In this document: positions 26,376 to 51,560 of the stretch, one piece after another
How the letters are laid out: the number at the start of each line of letters is the position of its first letter
Numbering within the stretch: position 1 is the first letter of the stretch
NCBI GenBank assembly: GCA_002269645.1
Contig: NIVC01001887.1
Span: forward strand, 186,001 to 250,000
Length of the DNA stretch: 64,000 nt
Direction: 5' to 3'
Origin: Macrostomum lignano
Taxonomy: Eukaryota
Made by a program: the position numbers and the translations under genes
Notes under the pieces: model-generated
Told to the model about the DNA's origin: nothing
The model's database searches: none
Seen by the model: only the letters and a program-made list of their open reading frames with translations

Positions 26376-27448
26376 GGGCCACTGACCGATGCGAATTCCA
26401 AGTTATTCACCCGCTACTGGCTATTTGCGCAGGCCACTGCCAAGGGGAGCCTGGACTGGCTTAGTGTGCTCAAGGACTTCTATTAGGGCGACTGTATTGT
26501 AAATTGAAATGAAAAAGCATAAAATCAATGACAAAAAGTAATTATGTTGTTTGCAACACAGGTATCTTTTGATGAGAAATTCTTTTCTAATCTTTTTTGA
26601 GTTTTTTTGAAGCGATTTGGCGTTCGTTCCCTGTTCTCATTTAGAAGTCCATGAGTGGGCAACTTCACAAGCACCGGCCCGCCCCCACACACAGTGCCCT
26701 CTTGCCTGCTGCAGATGCCTATGTTTGTGTATCTGTTTGAATTGCTCGAACACTTTCTCCCGCGGATCCGGACTGCACGCTTTGCAACTCTGATAGAGAG
26801 AGCCTTCCGCATGACACCGCCGTGTTTTAAACGGCTTTCGCTATTCAGCCTACTGCCAGTAGCCCCAATTGTATCTCTGCTATGATAGCTTACATGTATA
26901 TTTATTTAACATTATTAATCATTGGATATAAACTGCATATGCTTTTTGGTAAAAAATATACACAGTAAGATTTTATAGTTATGACAATCTGCACGCAATA
27001 ATGATGAATATCGCCGATTCCCATCTGCCCTCTCCGCCCCTCCCAGTCACGGCCTTCAGCTGCTCATTTTTGCGCTTCAATCGGCCCCGGTTAAACAGTT
27101 ATCGCCACATTCAATTTTTTAGTCTCGCCGGGCCGTCTGGCTCTGCGACCAGCGGTCTGATGCAGCTTCTGAGTCTGTATTAATTTCATTATTGCAGTAG
27201 TTCGCTGCTTGTCACTTTCCTGGGCGTCATTAATAGAATCACTTTATTATGCTTATCAGTTTAAAATACAAAAATACACTCATTCGCTCTATACTGGTCT
27301 GCAGAAGTTCTCTATTTGAATTAATATACTTTAGACTCTCGCTCAGGTCATTTTAAAACTCCCAGCTTTCTACTGAAAGTAGTGCAAGAGTCTGCAGTAA
27401 ATTTCAATTGATTTGAAGACCAAACCGGTTCCAGATCGCAGCTCCACA

Positions 27449-39922
<12,474 letters not shown>

Positions 39923-40023
39923 CCGGTCGCTGCCGCCCCAGCTGTACTCATTTGCTGTTGCAAAAGTCTATAATCCAAGATATTTAGTTTTTTTGTTCCC
40001 GTCCACCCACTTAATTAAGTGGT

Positions 40024-40310
40024 CCTTGCAAACTCCTAACGGTCGTAGCCCAGTGGTCTGGCGCGGCGCTCTGGTGTGCCAGCGGCCCCGGCTCGATTCC
40101 AGGTGCAGTCACATTAATTTGGGGCTGAATTGGAATCCCGGCTTGGCTCTGCTCGTGCATACTGCGTACGTATCAGCGCACTTGTGTGCCTGCCTGCCCA
40201 GGAGAGTCGGCGGAATGCGCAGTAATGCCTCTCGCCGGTTGTGCGACACTGTCGCTTAAAATGCGCCAGGGTGCAGACAGACGCCTGCCCCCTGAAGCGT
40301 CTCGTAAAAT
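40024..40310 (+). mobile_element. Second-family tRNA-derived SINE just 3' of BROMI
   Basis: A-box-like GTAGCCCAGTGGT (~40044) and B box GGCTCGATTCC (40090-40100). Flanked by the direct repeat ATTAAGTGGT (40014-40023, 40311-40320). Body unrelated to the CORE-like SINEs. Confidence 0.68.
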
Positions 40311-41179
40311 ATTAAGTGGTTTTTCTTTCTAATTGCAATGCATATTTGCATATTTTTTTCGTTGCTTTTTTGACACAGTTTTCTGATCGGCAGTTCTGAA
40401 GTGGAAAAATAGTTGAAAACTTATCAACTTAGAAAACGAACTCTGCCGGGTCAGTTTATATTGGCAGTGTTGGAATTTGGCTTTGTGTTGAACATTGTAT
40501 GATATAAAAGGAAGATTTTAATCAAGCTCTTCATTTTTCTTTACTTTTTCTTCATGCCTCAGTTTTCGCGGCAAGTTGGGCTGTGAAACCGGGTTTCCAA
40601 TCACTGCAGTTGAAAATTTTAATAAACAGTTTAACCTGTTTCCGTCCAGACAAAAACCGAATTTCTTCTTGCACTTTTTACTTACCGATTATTTTTTTAT
40701 TTGCTATTTGTTTCAACATGTTGCAATTATTTCGGTCACAATGCGCAGGTGTGTTGGGATTCGAGCATGTCAATGTTCAAAGGATATACCAATTGACGAC
40801 CTCTAATAGCTTATTCTCTGCTAATTTCTAATCCCTATAGTGACAGTTCCACTCAGACATCCAGAATTCCATATGACAGGTAGAAACTATTGGTTTTTGT
40901 TCCCTTATCTTGACAGCAATTCTCACCTTGCTTGCTTGGCGTGCCTAAAATGCTAGGCTGAAGCGAGGGTTGGCCATAGACTATTACGCATTTTTGCTAT
41001 TGAGTCTCAGATGGCTAGGAAAAAGTCTCACTTAGCATACAAAAACCAATGCTGGGCTTCAACATTAGACGGAGATGATTAGAGGGGACAACTTTACGCC
41101 AAAGACAATATTGTACAATACGAGCGTTTTGATATTTGTGTCCTGAGCTGGCAGTCCTGGTAACTGAGGCAGCTTGTTA

Positions 41180-42545
41180 CTTCAGGTGGCCCAAATTTAT
41201 TTAGATTACTGCTGCTATTTGAAGAGTGAACTATAGCTACAGCTGTCAGCGCACCACATGCTACCATAGACAGTACCGAAGACGCACAAGAGATTTAAGT
41301 ATCACTGCACCCTCTCTTGCGCATCACTAATAGATTTTTATAGCTCAGTTTTGCCTACTGCAACGCCAGTGCAAAAACGAATGGAGCCAAGCAAAGAAAA
41401 CTTTGGATTTTACGCATGGACGCGGCAGCATCTTGGAATCAGTGCTCAACAGTGCTTTGAAGAGCTGTCTTCCGTGTATGGCAGTAGAGCTCCATGCCAT
41501 GCAACTGTAATTTAATTATTTCAAGGCAGCCACCGCTGATGCCAAGACCGGCCCCACTAAAAGAGCAGGCGACTGCCCGAGTGCCAGCGGTGCCGGGAGA
41601 CGTCGATCAACTCGAACACCAGAGCTGATCAGCGATGCGCGTGTTCTGATTGAAGACGATCCAAAAGTGCCAGTACGGACCCTTGCTGACTGGCTGGAGG
41701 TTGACAAGTCAACAGTGCATCGAATTTTGAGAGAAGACCTGGAGCTGCGTTGTGTCACATCGGTATGGGTGCCCCATCACCTCACCGAGGCCAACAAACA
41801 GGCTAGGGTGGCATGTGCCAGAAACATCCGCAGCGTGTTTCAGAGTGAAGGAATCAACAACATCATGGACAAGTTGGTCACCCAAGATGAGTCCTGGATC
41901 TTCTTTGAAGGCCAGCCCTGCAAAATGAGCAACAGATGCTGGCTGTCGAAGGGGGAGCCCAGGCCCCAGGTGGTGAGAAGATGCATGACAAACAAGAAGA
42001 CTCTGCTTGTTGCAGCCTTCACCCCCAGCAAAAGGCTTTCATTTGAAACAACCAAACCAGGACAGTCAGTGGATGCGGAGTTCATTGTCAACTTCGTTCA
42101 GCGAACCGGGAATCTCTGGCGATCTTTAAGAAGTCAACTGATTCATCTTGATCAGGTGATCTGGCAGTGGGACAACGCCCGGCCTCACACAGCTGCAGCA
42201 ACTCAACATTTCATGGAGAAACGAGGCATCCGATTGCTGCACTAGGCACCGTACAGTCCAGATTTTAATCTTTGTAACCGTTTTTTGTTTTCTTGGCTGA
42301 AGCGAGACTTCGAGCATCGCCAGTTTGGGAACCATGTTGAAGTGCAAGAGGCGACGTTGCAGTGGGCAAGGGGTCTGGAGATTGAGAGCCTGCAGCAGGA
42401 GTTGCATCGACTTTGGGATCACTGCGACGCTGTTATTCAATGCCAAGGAGATTACGTCACTGACTGATGGTTTGTTTTGTTGCTGCAGTTGATATTGTTA
42501 AATTTAGCGAGAAGTCTAAATAAATTTGGGACAAATTCACCGATT
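41180..42545 (+). mobile_element. Decayed mariner-family element (transposase pseudogene ~41381-42467)
   Basis: MEPSKENF..., SVWVPHHLT, VTQDESWIF, WDNARPH..H*APYSPDFNLCNRFLF (third catalytic position is N). Inverted CCCAAATTTATTTAGA at 41190-41205 and 42515-42530. Confidence 0.88.
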
Positions 42546-43447
42546 ATGTCTACTGACTGAATGCTGCATGCAGAAGAGGATTATTCCATTTCAGTTTTGG
42601 GAACGCAGCCGTCTCTGCGATGCCGATCGGGTGCTTTTGTTGAAGGTCCTGACGGTCGCCGCCGATGCTCCAGACGGTGATGAAGGGTACCCTAGTTCCT
42701 GGGATGCTGAGAACAAAGGCCTTTACGACTGATATGCATAGTTTCCTGAGCCGACGTGGTTTCATGATGAGATTTTGTGAACAGAAAAAATTTGCCTATG
42801 TTGGTGGTTTTTGCCACCGGACACCCCGAGGAGAATCGTTGAATATCTTGACGATGCCGATTTTTCGTGATTCTCGGAGTTGCTTCATCGAATAGAGCGG
42901 AAAATTTTAGCCCGTGTTCTGGATTTTGATGGCAATTGGTTGAATATTTTCGGAGATCCAGACAAAAGAAAATGTGTGCATTTGAAATACACCCCCATGG
43001 TCTTTCTACTGTTAAGGGACCAGAAATTTCATTCTCGAAAAATGCCATTGTAGATCAGATGGTGGCATTTGAAATGATGGTGCATCTAACTGTAAGCTTA
43101 GCATTCTCTTACTCAGCTTGGGGAAGAGGTCAAATTCACAGGGATTGTGTGGCAGTACTTTTCAGCTATACAATTTATCCAGCAGCTCCTTCACAGTCCT
43201 TGTGAGGACTCGCATTGTCATGAAGCAGCAGGTGCTTCATGCACAGAACTTACAGGCTTCATCTGCGCACCCCTGAAGCGGATGATATACCATTTGTAAA
43301 CCGCTCGCTCAGGTGAAGCCATGCTGCCGGAAGGCTTCCAAAACTTGTCAGTGAACTCGTCACATGACAAATGAAAGATGCACTGAGATTTTGTCTCAGA
43401 TACGTGCAATGCTTGGTATAATGTATTAAGTCACGCAACTTTGGCAT

Positions 43448-44155
43448 CAGGGGCGTCGCCATGGATTTTCTGGTGGGGGGACGAAGCCAAGAGTTTAACG
43501 TGTACATGACTAAATTTCTATATTTCCATTATTTTGGAATCGTGTTGTCAGCACTCCTTTTGGCACCGCAGGCACTCCTTTTAGCGCCGCAGGCACTCAT
43601 TTTAGCGCTGCAGGCACTCCTTTTGGCGCCGCAGGCACTCCTTTTAGCGCCGCAGGCACTCATTTTAGCGCTGCAGGCACTCCTTTTGGCGCCGCAGGCA
43701 CTCCTTTTGGCGCCGCAGGCATTCCTTTTAGCGCCGCAGGCACTCATTTTGGCGCCACAGGCACTCCTTTTGGCGCCGCAGGCACTCCTTTTAGCGCCGC
43801 AGGCACTCCTTTTAGCGCCGCAGGCATTCCTTTTAGCGCCGCAGGCACTCATTTTAGCGCCGCAGGCACTCATTTTGGCGCCGCAGGCACTCCTTTTAGC
43901 GCCGCAGGCACTCATTTTAGCGCCGCAGGCACTCCTTTTGGCGCCGCAGGCATTCCTTTTAGCGCCGCAGGCACTCATTTTGGCGCCGCACTCATTTTGG
44001 CGCCGAAGGCGCTATATTTTGGCGCCATGAAGAAAAATTGTTGATTACCATAAGTCACAAGGTGGGGCGGGAGGGACAAAGCATTTGCATGTCCCCCCAT
44101 AGCTTTTTCTGGGGGGACATGTCCCCCTCTGTCCCCCCCGGTGGCGACGCGCCTG
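43448..44155. mobile_element. hAT-like MITE containing a 21-bp tandem array (GCAGGCACTC(C/A)TTTT(G/A)GCGCC, ~43550-44030)
   Basis: Ends CAGGGGCGTCGCCA and TGGCGACGCGCCTG (one mismatch). No TSD seen. Confidence 0.65.
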
Positions 44156-44696
44156 CAGAAAGTTGGTTTGAGCTGGTACTGCGCAGGTGGTGAGGCAATT
44201 TTAATTAGCCTTGGCTCACACAGGCTGTGCGCCAGCTATTGGATCGCGTATTTAAACAGGTGGCTACTTCTTGAATTTGAATATTTCATAAACTGATTTG
44301 AAGCCAGCCAGCCAGCCTTCAGACAGCCTTCAGTCGGTGTTAAAGGTCAGTTCACTGAATCTGGATTCCTGTGCCATTAATCTAGAATTATATCTTTCCT
44401 CAATTCTGAAGTTTATCTGCCGGCATTTTATTGAAGAAAGTGCACTAAACGAGACAGTAGAATCAGGTGCAAGTTACAGATTTAGATTCTCCTAATGCTT
44501 TACAGAGTGCCAATGCCAATAGTATCGCTTCATGCTTTGCACGGTATGCTCTCTGACGGTTTTGATGGCAAAGCCTACAAGGGTGCTGTACATGTACAAA
44601 AAGTTGCGCCACTGTGTTGAGTCATGTTTCTCGGGCTTTGTTCGAAAAAAGCGTTCGTGATGTGGTCTTGATATTTTAATTAATACCAGTTCGTGG

Positions 44697-44848
44697 AATC
44701 TCCCTCAGTGGAATCTCCCTCAGTGCAATCTCCCTCAGTGGAATCTCCCTCAGTGGAATCTCCCTCAGTGCAATCTCCCTCAGTGGAATCTCCCTCAGTG
44801 GAATCTCCCTCAGTGCAATCTCCCTCAGTGGAATCTCCCTCAGTGAAA
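44697..44848. repeat. 15-bp tandem repeat (AATCTCCCTCAGTG(G/C)) at the break point of the LINE remnant
   Basis: About 10 copies, in frame with the endonuclease (EGDST repeats). Confidence 0.9.
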
Positions 44849-45720
44849 TCGATGACTTCGGCCCACCGCCCATTATTGAACGTTGGTGCATTGCCCACGT
44901 TACAGAAGTTGAGGTTTGTGCTGCTGACGTAGGCCAGCAGCTCCTCGCCTCTGCTATTGGTGTTCTTGCTGCCCCAATGCAGGTGGTGTGCGTTCACATC
45001 CCCTGCAATGAGCAGCTCGAACTGACGGGACGCGGCGTAGTCAATGAGGTTGACTAGCGCGTCGAAGACTACTGCGGCATCGCCTGGGAAATAGGCAGAT
45101 GCTGCCAGCACAGGTTTATTGGGAATGAGGTTATTGATTTGAACAACACAGATGTCCCCAGTCGAGAGATCAGGTCTCATCCATGCCTCAAAGCCTTTGC
45201 AGCAAAGACCAGAGATCTTTGGCGAGAGTGAGAACCCGCCATGCAAAAACAGTGGTAGCCAGATGGCACATTATTTGGCTTACCTTTAGTCATCCAGGGC
45301 TCCTGCACGAAGACCAGGCCCGGAAGCTGTTGCTCTGTCGTGCGCATCAGGTTGACTGACGCCGCCACGCAGTGCTGGGTGTTGATCTGCAGACACCAGG
45401 TAGCCGCTGGCATCAGTGCAGATCGGGTGTTGCAGCCCTCCTCCTCCTCCTCGGCGCTCACCAGCTTCAGGTCGGGGTCGCCGGTGTCCATGGGCTCCTC
45501 TTCAGCAAAAGGCCTCCGATTGGTCGGAAGGCAATAGGCAGCGTTTGCCGCCCTTCGCCCAGCGGCCACGGGGTCCTCCGTGCGCCGGCTGTTCCTCTCC
45601 TGCCTGCGGTCTTTCGGCCACCTGAGTTATTGCAGGCACAAGAGCAACGCCGTCGGAATAGGACGCAGCAACCGCTTCTCCACGGGGCAACAGTCGATAC
45701 GTTGCGCTTTTGTCCAATGG
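44840..45720 (-). mobile_element. LINE remnant: AP-endonuclease domain (R1/LOA-like by motif style) plus a probable ORF1 tail; frameshifted, no RT
   Basis: WCLQINTQHC..LVFVQEPW..; ASAYFP..; LLIAGDVNAHHLHWGSKNTNSRGEELL..NVGNAPTF..EVIDFT. Confidence 0.85.
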
Positions 45721-46442
45721 AACTTATCCTATGCGACAGATTGGCCATCTCGGAGTCGCATTTTTTGGTGTTCCGAATGTACCTCTGTTCATGTCTACAC
45801 TTTCTATTTTGGACCGTAGATATTTCGAGCGTGCAGCGATGCATCAGTGTTCCCTTTAAAACAACAACAACAACAACAGCAACAACAACAATTTTAACAC
45901 TTGAAATTCATTTTACACGCACGATATCTGTCTGGCCATAGATATAAGAGCGCAAACACTGTATAGACTTCAGCCCAACTTACGTCTTAGCCAAGCACTA
46001 ACCATATTGTCCATACTTGCGTGTTATTGTCCATACTTGCGTATTATTGTCCATACTCAAACGCATTATATTAACGAGTTTACTAAAAACCAGATTCAGT
46101 AAAACAGGAATTAAAAACTACTGTTGAGAAACATTACCGCTTGGGGGAGATGTCCAAAGCAATCGTTTGTCTCGAAGAATTTGTCTGTCACACATCTGCC
46201 TTACTCAAACAGTTTTCATCAAATCGTTGCTTCCATCAATGCTAGCACGCATCTTTTTGGTCGGACAGGTTTCGATGTGGACTGGCCGAGGAACCGGCAG
46301 TGATAGCGGGAAGACATTGCAAAGATAGGCACCTCATTGGACGGCATTGTGCTTGTGCTTGGAATATTCGTTAAGTTTTCGTTAAGTGAAGTGGCGCTCG
46401 CGTGCTTTACCCGATATCATGCATCCCGACTGTGGAAAAATA

Positions 46443-47357
46443 ATCAGTCAGTCAGTCAGTCAGTCAGTCAGTCAGTCAGTCAGTCAGTCAGTCAGTCAGT
46501 CAGTCAGTCAGTCAGTCAGTCAGTCAGTCAGTCAGTCAGTCAGTCAGTCAGTCAGTCAGTCAGTCAGTCAGTCAGTCAGTCAGTCAGTCAGTCAGTCAGT
46601 CAGTCAGTCAGTCAGTCAGTCAGTCAGTCAGTCAGTCAGTCAGTCAGTCAGTCAGTCAGTCAGTCAGTCAGTCAGTCAGTCAGTCAGTCAGTCAGTCAGT
46701 CAGTCAGTCAGTCAGTCAGTCAGTCAGTCAGTCAGTCAGTCAGTCAGTCAGTCAGTCAGTCAGTCAGTCAGTCAGTCAGTCAGTCAGTCAGTCAGTCAGT
46801 CAGTCAGTCAGTCAGTCAGTCAGTCAGTCAGTCAGTCAGTCAGTCAGTCAGTCAGTCAGTCAGTCAGTCAGTCAGTCAGTCAGTCAGTCAGTCAGTCAGT
46901 CAGTCAGTCAGTCAGTCAGTCAGTCAGTCAGTCAGTCAGTCAGTCAGTCAGTCAGTCAGTCAGTCAGTCAGTCAGTCAGTCAGTCAGTCAGTCAGTCAGT
47001 CAGTCAGTCAGTCAGTCAGTCAGTCAGTCAGTCAGTCAGTCAGTCAGTCAGTCAGTCAGTCAGTCAGTCAGTCAGTCAGTCAGTCAGTCAGTCAGTCAGT
47101 CAGTCAGTCAGTCAGTCAGTCAGTCAGTCAGTCAGTCAGTCAGTCAGTCAGTCAGTCAGTCAGTCAGTCAGTCAGTCAGTCAGTCAGTCAGTCAGTCAGT
47201 CAGTCAGTCAGTCAGTCAGTCAGTCAGTCAGTCAGTCAGTCAGTCAGTCAGTCAGTCAGTCAGTCAGTCAGTCAGTCAGTCAGTCAGTCAGTCAGTCAGT
47301 CAGTCAGTCAGTCAGTCAGTCAGTCAGTCAGTCAGTCAGTCAGTCAGTCAGTCAGTC
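46443..47357. repeat. Pure (GTCA)n microsatellite, ~915 bp
   Basis: Seen directly; no interruption noticed. Confidence 0.98.
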
Positions 47358-48890
47358 TTTTCCCTACCCGTACAAGGGCAACCTGACTGGGCAGACCGGT
47401 GATAGAAACTGGGCTGTTCCATCCATTCTGACTGGGCAGCCCGGCTGGATTTCAAAGGATTTCAACGCTTGGCAACGAAACTGAACGAGCGGTTCCGCTT
47501 TGGGTTCTCGCTGTCCCACATAAGCCCGCTAATACTATGATTATTAAGTTGCGTTACAGAGGAAAATCCACTGGGTGGAGCACTTCATAGCATCTCCGAG
47601 AGCAAAGAAAATTCCATCTTGGATCCCTCTTTTCGAGTCGGGGATCTGACCAACCATGAGATTGATTGAAGAAAACAGAGAAGGAAAGATGGGGCGATGC
47701 AGAAGACCCTGTGCAGTGCTGGGCAGAGGTGGGAAGCTGGAGGCTGAGTAAAAGCGAGTCTCTGTACAGTTTGCACTGATCTACTCAGGTTAGTCCACCT
47801 CTCTCTTTCTCTCCCCCACTCTGTACACTGCATGCTCCTGCTTCAGCTCAGAGTGTACACTGAGAGAGCCTCTACTGAAAAGAGAATGAATACAAAAAGC
47901 GTCTCAGCGGGACTGGCAGGGAGAGGCAGCAAGATAATCTAATCTGATTCGAGTGCTCAAACAGCCCTGTCAGTTGCTCGTGCTGCAACCAGTAAAGAAG
48001 GTATTGCCGGTAATGCTCAAGGCAACAACCTCCTTGCTTAGGTAAGTTAATTGTGCATGCACTAGCATGCACAGCGGAATACAGCCTTAGTTGCTTTACT
48101 GTGACAAGCACTGAAAAATACAAAAACCGGCACAAACGTTCTGCCTACCCTGGTCAACCCCAAGGATCAGATTTCGTTTCTTTACATTCAGAATTGCCTG
48201 TTGGTACTTGGACCGCTGCTCAAAGCCTGCTACCCGAAACTGCCTATCCCGTATTGCCTGCAGATGGGAAAGTTAGAACGCTTTTCATTAACAATTACGA
48301 TAGTTCGGGATATTGTCCCTGTGCTATCGGTGATAGTCAGTGTCTGATATTGATATTAGTTCAGAACAGGTTTATAACTTTTATAGAAAAGGACCTCGAT
48401 TTGCTCAGAACAATGTTCCTACCAAGCATGCTCTTGCACGGCCAAAAACCGACAGAAGAAAAGACACATGCTCAAAATTTGAGCAAAGTTTTCAAACTTT
48501 GTCTGGTATCTCCGCTGACTCACCTGCACAAACAATAGACGCGAAAGCCAGCAGGTAAGGCCTGATAAAAGGCCCGTGGCAGATTATGCTGCATTTCGAA
48601 CGAGCACAAAAAGCACAGTCAAACAAACATGTTTCTTACAGCAAGTAAAATGATTTTACGGCTCGTAGATCCCCAAAAGCATTTTCTTCTCTTCAGGACA
48701 GAGTAAACATTGTTCCATCCTCGTTCTGAAAGCCAGATCGCAGGGATTTTATTGCTTGAATTCTCCAAAAACTGGAATTTCTCCCAGAAAATCTCCGGTC
48801 TGCATCCTGCATTACAAAAATGTGTTGGAAATCAGTGCTGCCATTCGTCCCCATCCAATGTTTTCAGGAGCATCCAAAAGGAACGAAAAA

Positions 48891-50051
48891 ATGCTACGGT
48901 TTTGCCGCCTCCACCGGATTCAATGTACAGCCGCAGTACTTCTGCTCACTTTGCTGAGTCTTCTTAGCTTCTTCTTCTGGAGCGAAACAGAAATTGCAGT
49001 TAACACTGCAGAATCAAACATCCAACTCCAACCACAACGCCATCTCAAGCCAGCAAGCCAAATCAAAGACCGACCTGCGGGACCACCCAGGATCTCCTTC
49101 GGCACGAAATACTTCGGCGACAACTCCGGCTGGAAGGATTACACGACCCGGTGGCGAGAAAACGGTCAGCGGTCTTGCGGATTTGACTGCGACATTGTGC
49201 CCGACCCCGCCATTGCGGACGCCGTGCTGTTCCACGGCCGAGACCTTCCGTCGAAGCCCCCGAAACTGCAGCGAAAATACTGGCAGTACTGGGTGTACAT
49301 GAACATGGAGTCACCTTTGTCTACCAAGTCGTACGGCTATGACGTTTCGTCAGCTCCCGCCTACAGATTCCTGTTCAACTGGACCGCCACCACCATGCTG
49401 GAGAGCTCGGTGCACATGCCCTACGGAATGTGGAGCCTACGCGACAAGCCGGTCGAGGGTCCGTTCTACTCGCCTCAGAAGAAGCGCTACATGGCGTACA
49501 TCGCATTCTCGAACTGCAAGTACTCCTACAATGGGCGCGCCGAAAAGATTGCGGAGCTCAAACGCTACATCGATGTCCACGTGTATGGGAAATGCGGCGA
49601 CAGGGCACTCCCGAAGGACTGGAATGTGTGGCGAAAGATCTCAGAAGAGTACCGCTTCTACCTGAGCTTCGAGAACGCTTTTTGTCGCGACTACATCACG
49701 GAGAAGTTTCACAACAACGGGCTGGACTCGCAGGCAGTGCCAGTAGCCTTCGGCGGCCTGTCTCGCTCGGACTACGAGCGGGTGAGTCCTCCGGGCTCGT
49801 TCGTGTATGCGCTGGACTTTCCGAGCATGCGGCAACTGGCCGAACACTTGAAGCAGCTGGCTGCTGATGAAGCGCAGTACGCCAGCTACCACGAGTGGAA
49901 GAAGCGCTACGAGATTTCGCCTCGGTCTGACCTGCTTTGCGGCACCTGCGCCCGGCTGCACAAGGACCGCTCGGTTGGCGTGTTCGACCTGAGCCGCTTC
50001 TACGACATCAAACGCAACTGCCGCCCTTCCTACTACAAGTACCTAGTCTGA
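48891..50051 (+). CDS. Alpha-1,3-fucosyltransferase (CAZy GT10), type II membrane protein, single coding exon
   Basis: N-terminal TM AAVLLLTLLSLLSFFFW; ADAVLFHGRD, WVYMNMESP, FNWTAT, AYIAFSNC, VHVYGKCG, signature YRFYLSFENAFCRDYITEKF, PPGSFVYALDF. ATG 48891 follows a ttttcAG acceptor (48867); candidate upstream donor at ~48555. Confidence 0.95.
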   Translation: MLRFCRLHRIQCTAAVLLLTLLSLLSFFFWSETEIAVNTAESNIQLQPQRHLKPASQIKDRPAGPPRISFGTKYFGDNSGWKDYTTRWRENGQRSCGFDCDIVPDPAIADAVLFHGRDLPSKPPKLQRKYWQYWVYMNMESPLSTKSYGYDVSSAPAYRFLFNWTATTMLESSVHMPYGMWSLRDKPVEGPFYSPQKKRYMAYIAFSNCKYSYNGRAEKIAELKRYIDVHVYGKCGDRALPKDWNVWRKISEEYRFYLSFENAFCRDYITEKFHNNGLDSQAVPVAFGGLSRSDYERVSPPGSFVYALDFPSMRQLAEHLKQLAADEAQYASYHEWKKRYEISPRSDLLCGTCARLHKDRSVGVFDLSRFYDIKRNCRPSYYKYLV

Positions 50052-50977
50052 GATAACGAGTTTGCTTAAGGCAACGCTTTGTACTCTCGTTAATGCCACG
50101 ACTTCTACTGCAATGCAATCCAATCAATGCAAATGCAATCCTGCAATCTTATGTAAGCTTTCCTAAGTTCAGAAAAGGAACCATTTTATTTGATTAGTGG
50201 TGGAAGCTTTGGACCAAGAGCTATCGCGTACCCAGATTTAAAATGATGCCTGGGTCAGGCAATCCTCTTCTGAAGCCGCATCCGCAGTCATTTATCCATT
50301 CGCGGTGCGGTTCTGGAATTCAGCTACGAGCTAATCACCAAACATGGAAAACTATTGTCCTGATTTCTTTTCAGTCATGTACATATTTAAATCAGGGCTG
50401 CTTGCTGTATGTATTTTTCTGTTTCGCATCCTCAGAATCAGCGGTAGTTTTACATTCCGATCTGGGAGCAGTCAGTAACTTTTGACCGCTTAAATATAGT
50501 AAAAGTTGTTGAATTTTTATTGCGCAACATGATTGCATATCACAGTTTTTTGCAGTTGTACTTTGTTTTACTAGTTTTGAAAGTGAGTTGTTGCACACAA
50601 GTGAATAAATTTTTTTATAAAACAAGTGGTTTATCGCACTACAAGCGAGTGAAACCTTAAGTTTCCAATTTAAAGGCAAAAAATTTTTCCAGTATCGAAA
50701 TAGCGTAAATAAAACTTTCTGCTCTAAGCGTTTTACCCGACTGCGTTCGTATGAGCATCGTCGGGTATTTTTGAGCAACAAGGCAAACAAACCAGTGGAT
50801 TGGCTCTCCAGCCAACAGCCGGGCTACACGCACTGGCTGAAGCTGCAGCAACCAGGATCGAAGCAAACGCACATTCTGGACTCCAACGAACTCAACACCA
50901 AGGATTCGTGCACTTGCGGGACAGTGCCGAACCACTGATATACAGGTACAGCCTTGCTGTAGGCTAGCGGTCCTTGG

Positions 50978-51560
50978 TCCGTGCCGAAGACCACTAGACT
51001 TGGCTGCATACTAGTAGTCCTTGGTCCGTGCCGAAGACCACTAGACTTGGCTATATACTAGTAGTCCTTGGTCCGTGCCGAAGACCACTAGACTTGGCTA
51101 TATACTAGTAGTCCTTGGTCCGTGCCGAAGACCACTAGACTTGGCTGTATACTAGTAGTCCTTGGTCCGTGCCGAAGACCACTAGACTTGGCTATATACT
51201 AGTAGTCCTTGGTCTGTGCCAAATACCACTAGACTAGGCTATATACTAGTAGTCCTTGGTCCGTGCCAAAGACTACTAGACTTGGCTATATAGCTAGTAG
51301 TCCTTGGTCTGTGCCAAATACCACTAGACTTGGCTATATACTAGTAGTCCTTGGTCTGTGCCAAAGACTACTAGACTTGGCTGTATGTATACTAGTAGTC
51401 CTTGGTCCGGGCCAAAGACTACTAGACTTGGCTGTATGTATACTAGTAGTCCTTGGTCCGTGCCAAAGACTACTAGACTTGGCTATATACTGATTCAAAT
51501 ACTATAAATTAGACTTGGCTATATACTAGTAGTCCTTGGTACGTGTCAAAAGACTATTAA
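50978..51560. repeat. 47-bp minisatellite, ~12 copies
   Basis: CTAGTAGTCCTTGGTCCGTGCC(G/A)AAGAC(C/T)ACTAGACTTGGCT(A/G)TATA repeated. Confidence 0.92.

Noticed and set aside
42550-43200. Possible retroelement remnant right of mariner 2
   Set aside because: Short ORFs with no diagnostic RT, endonuclease or transposase motif that I can identify.
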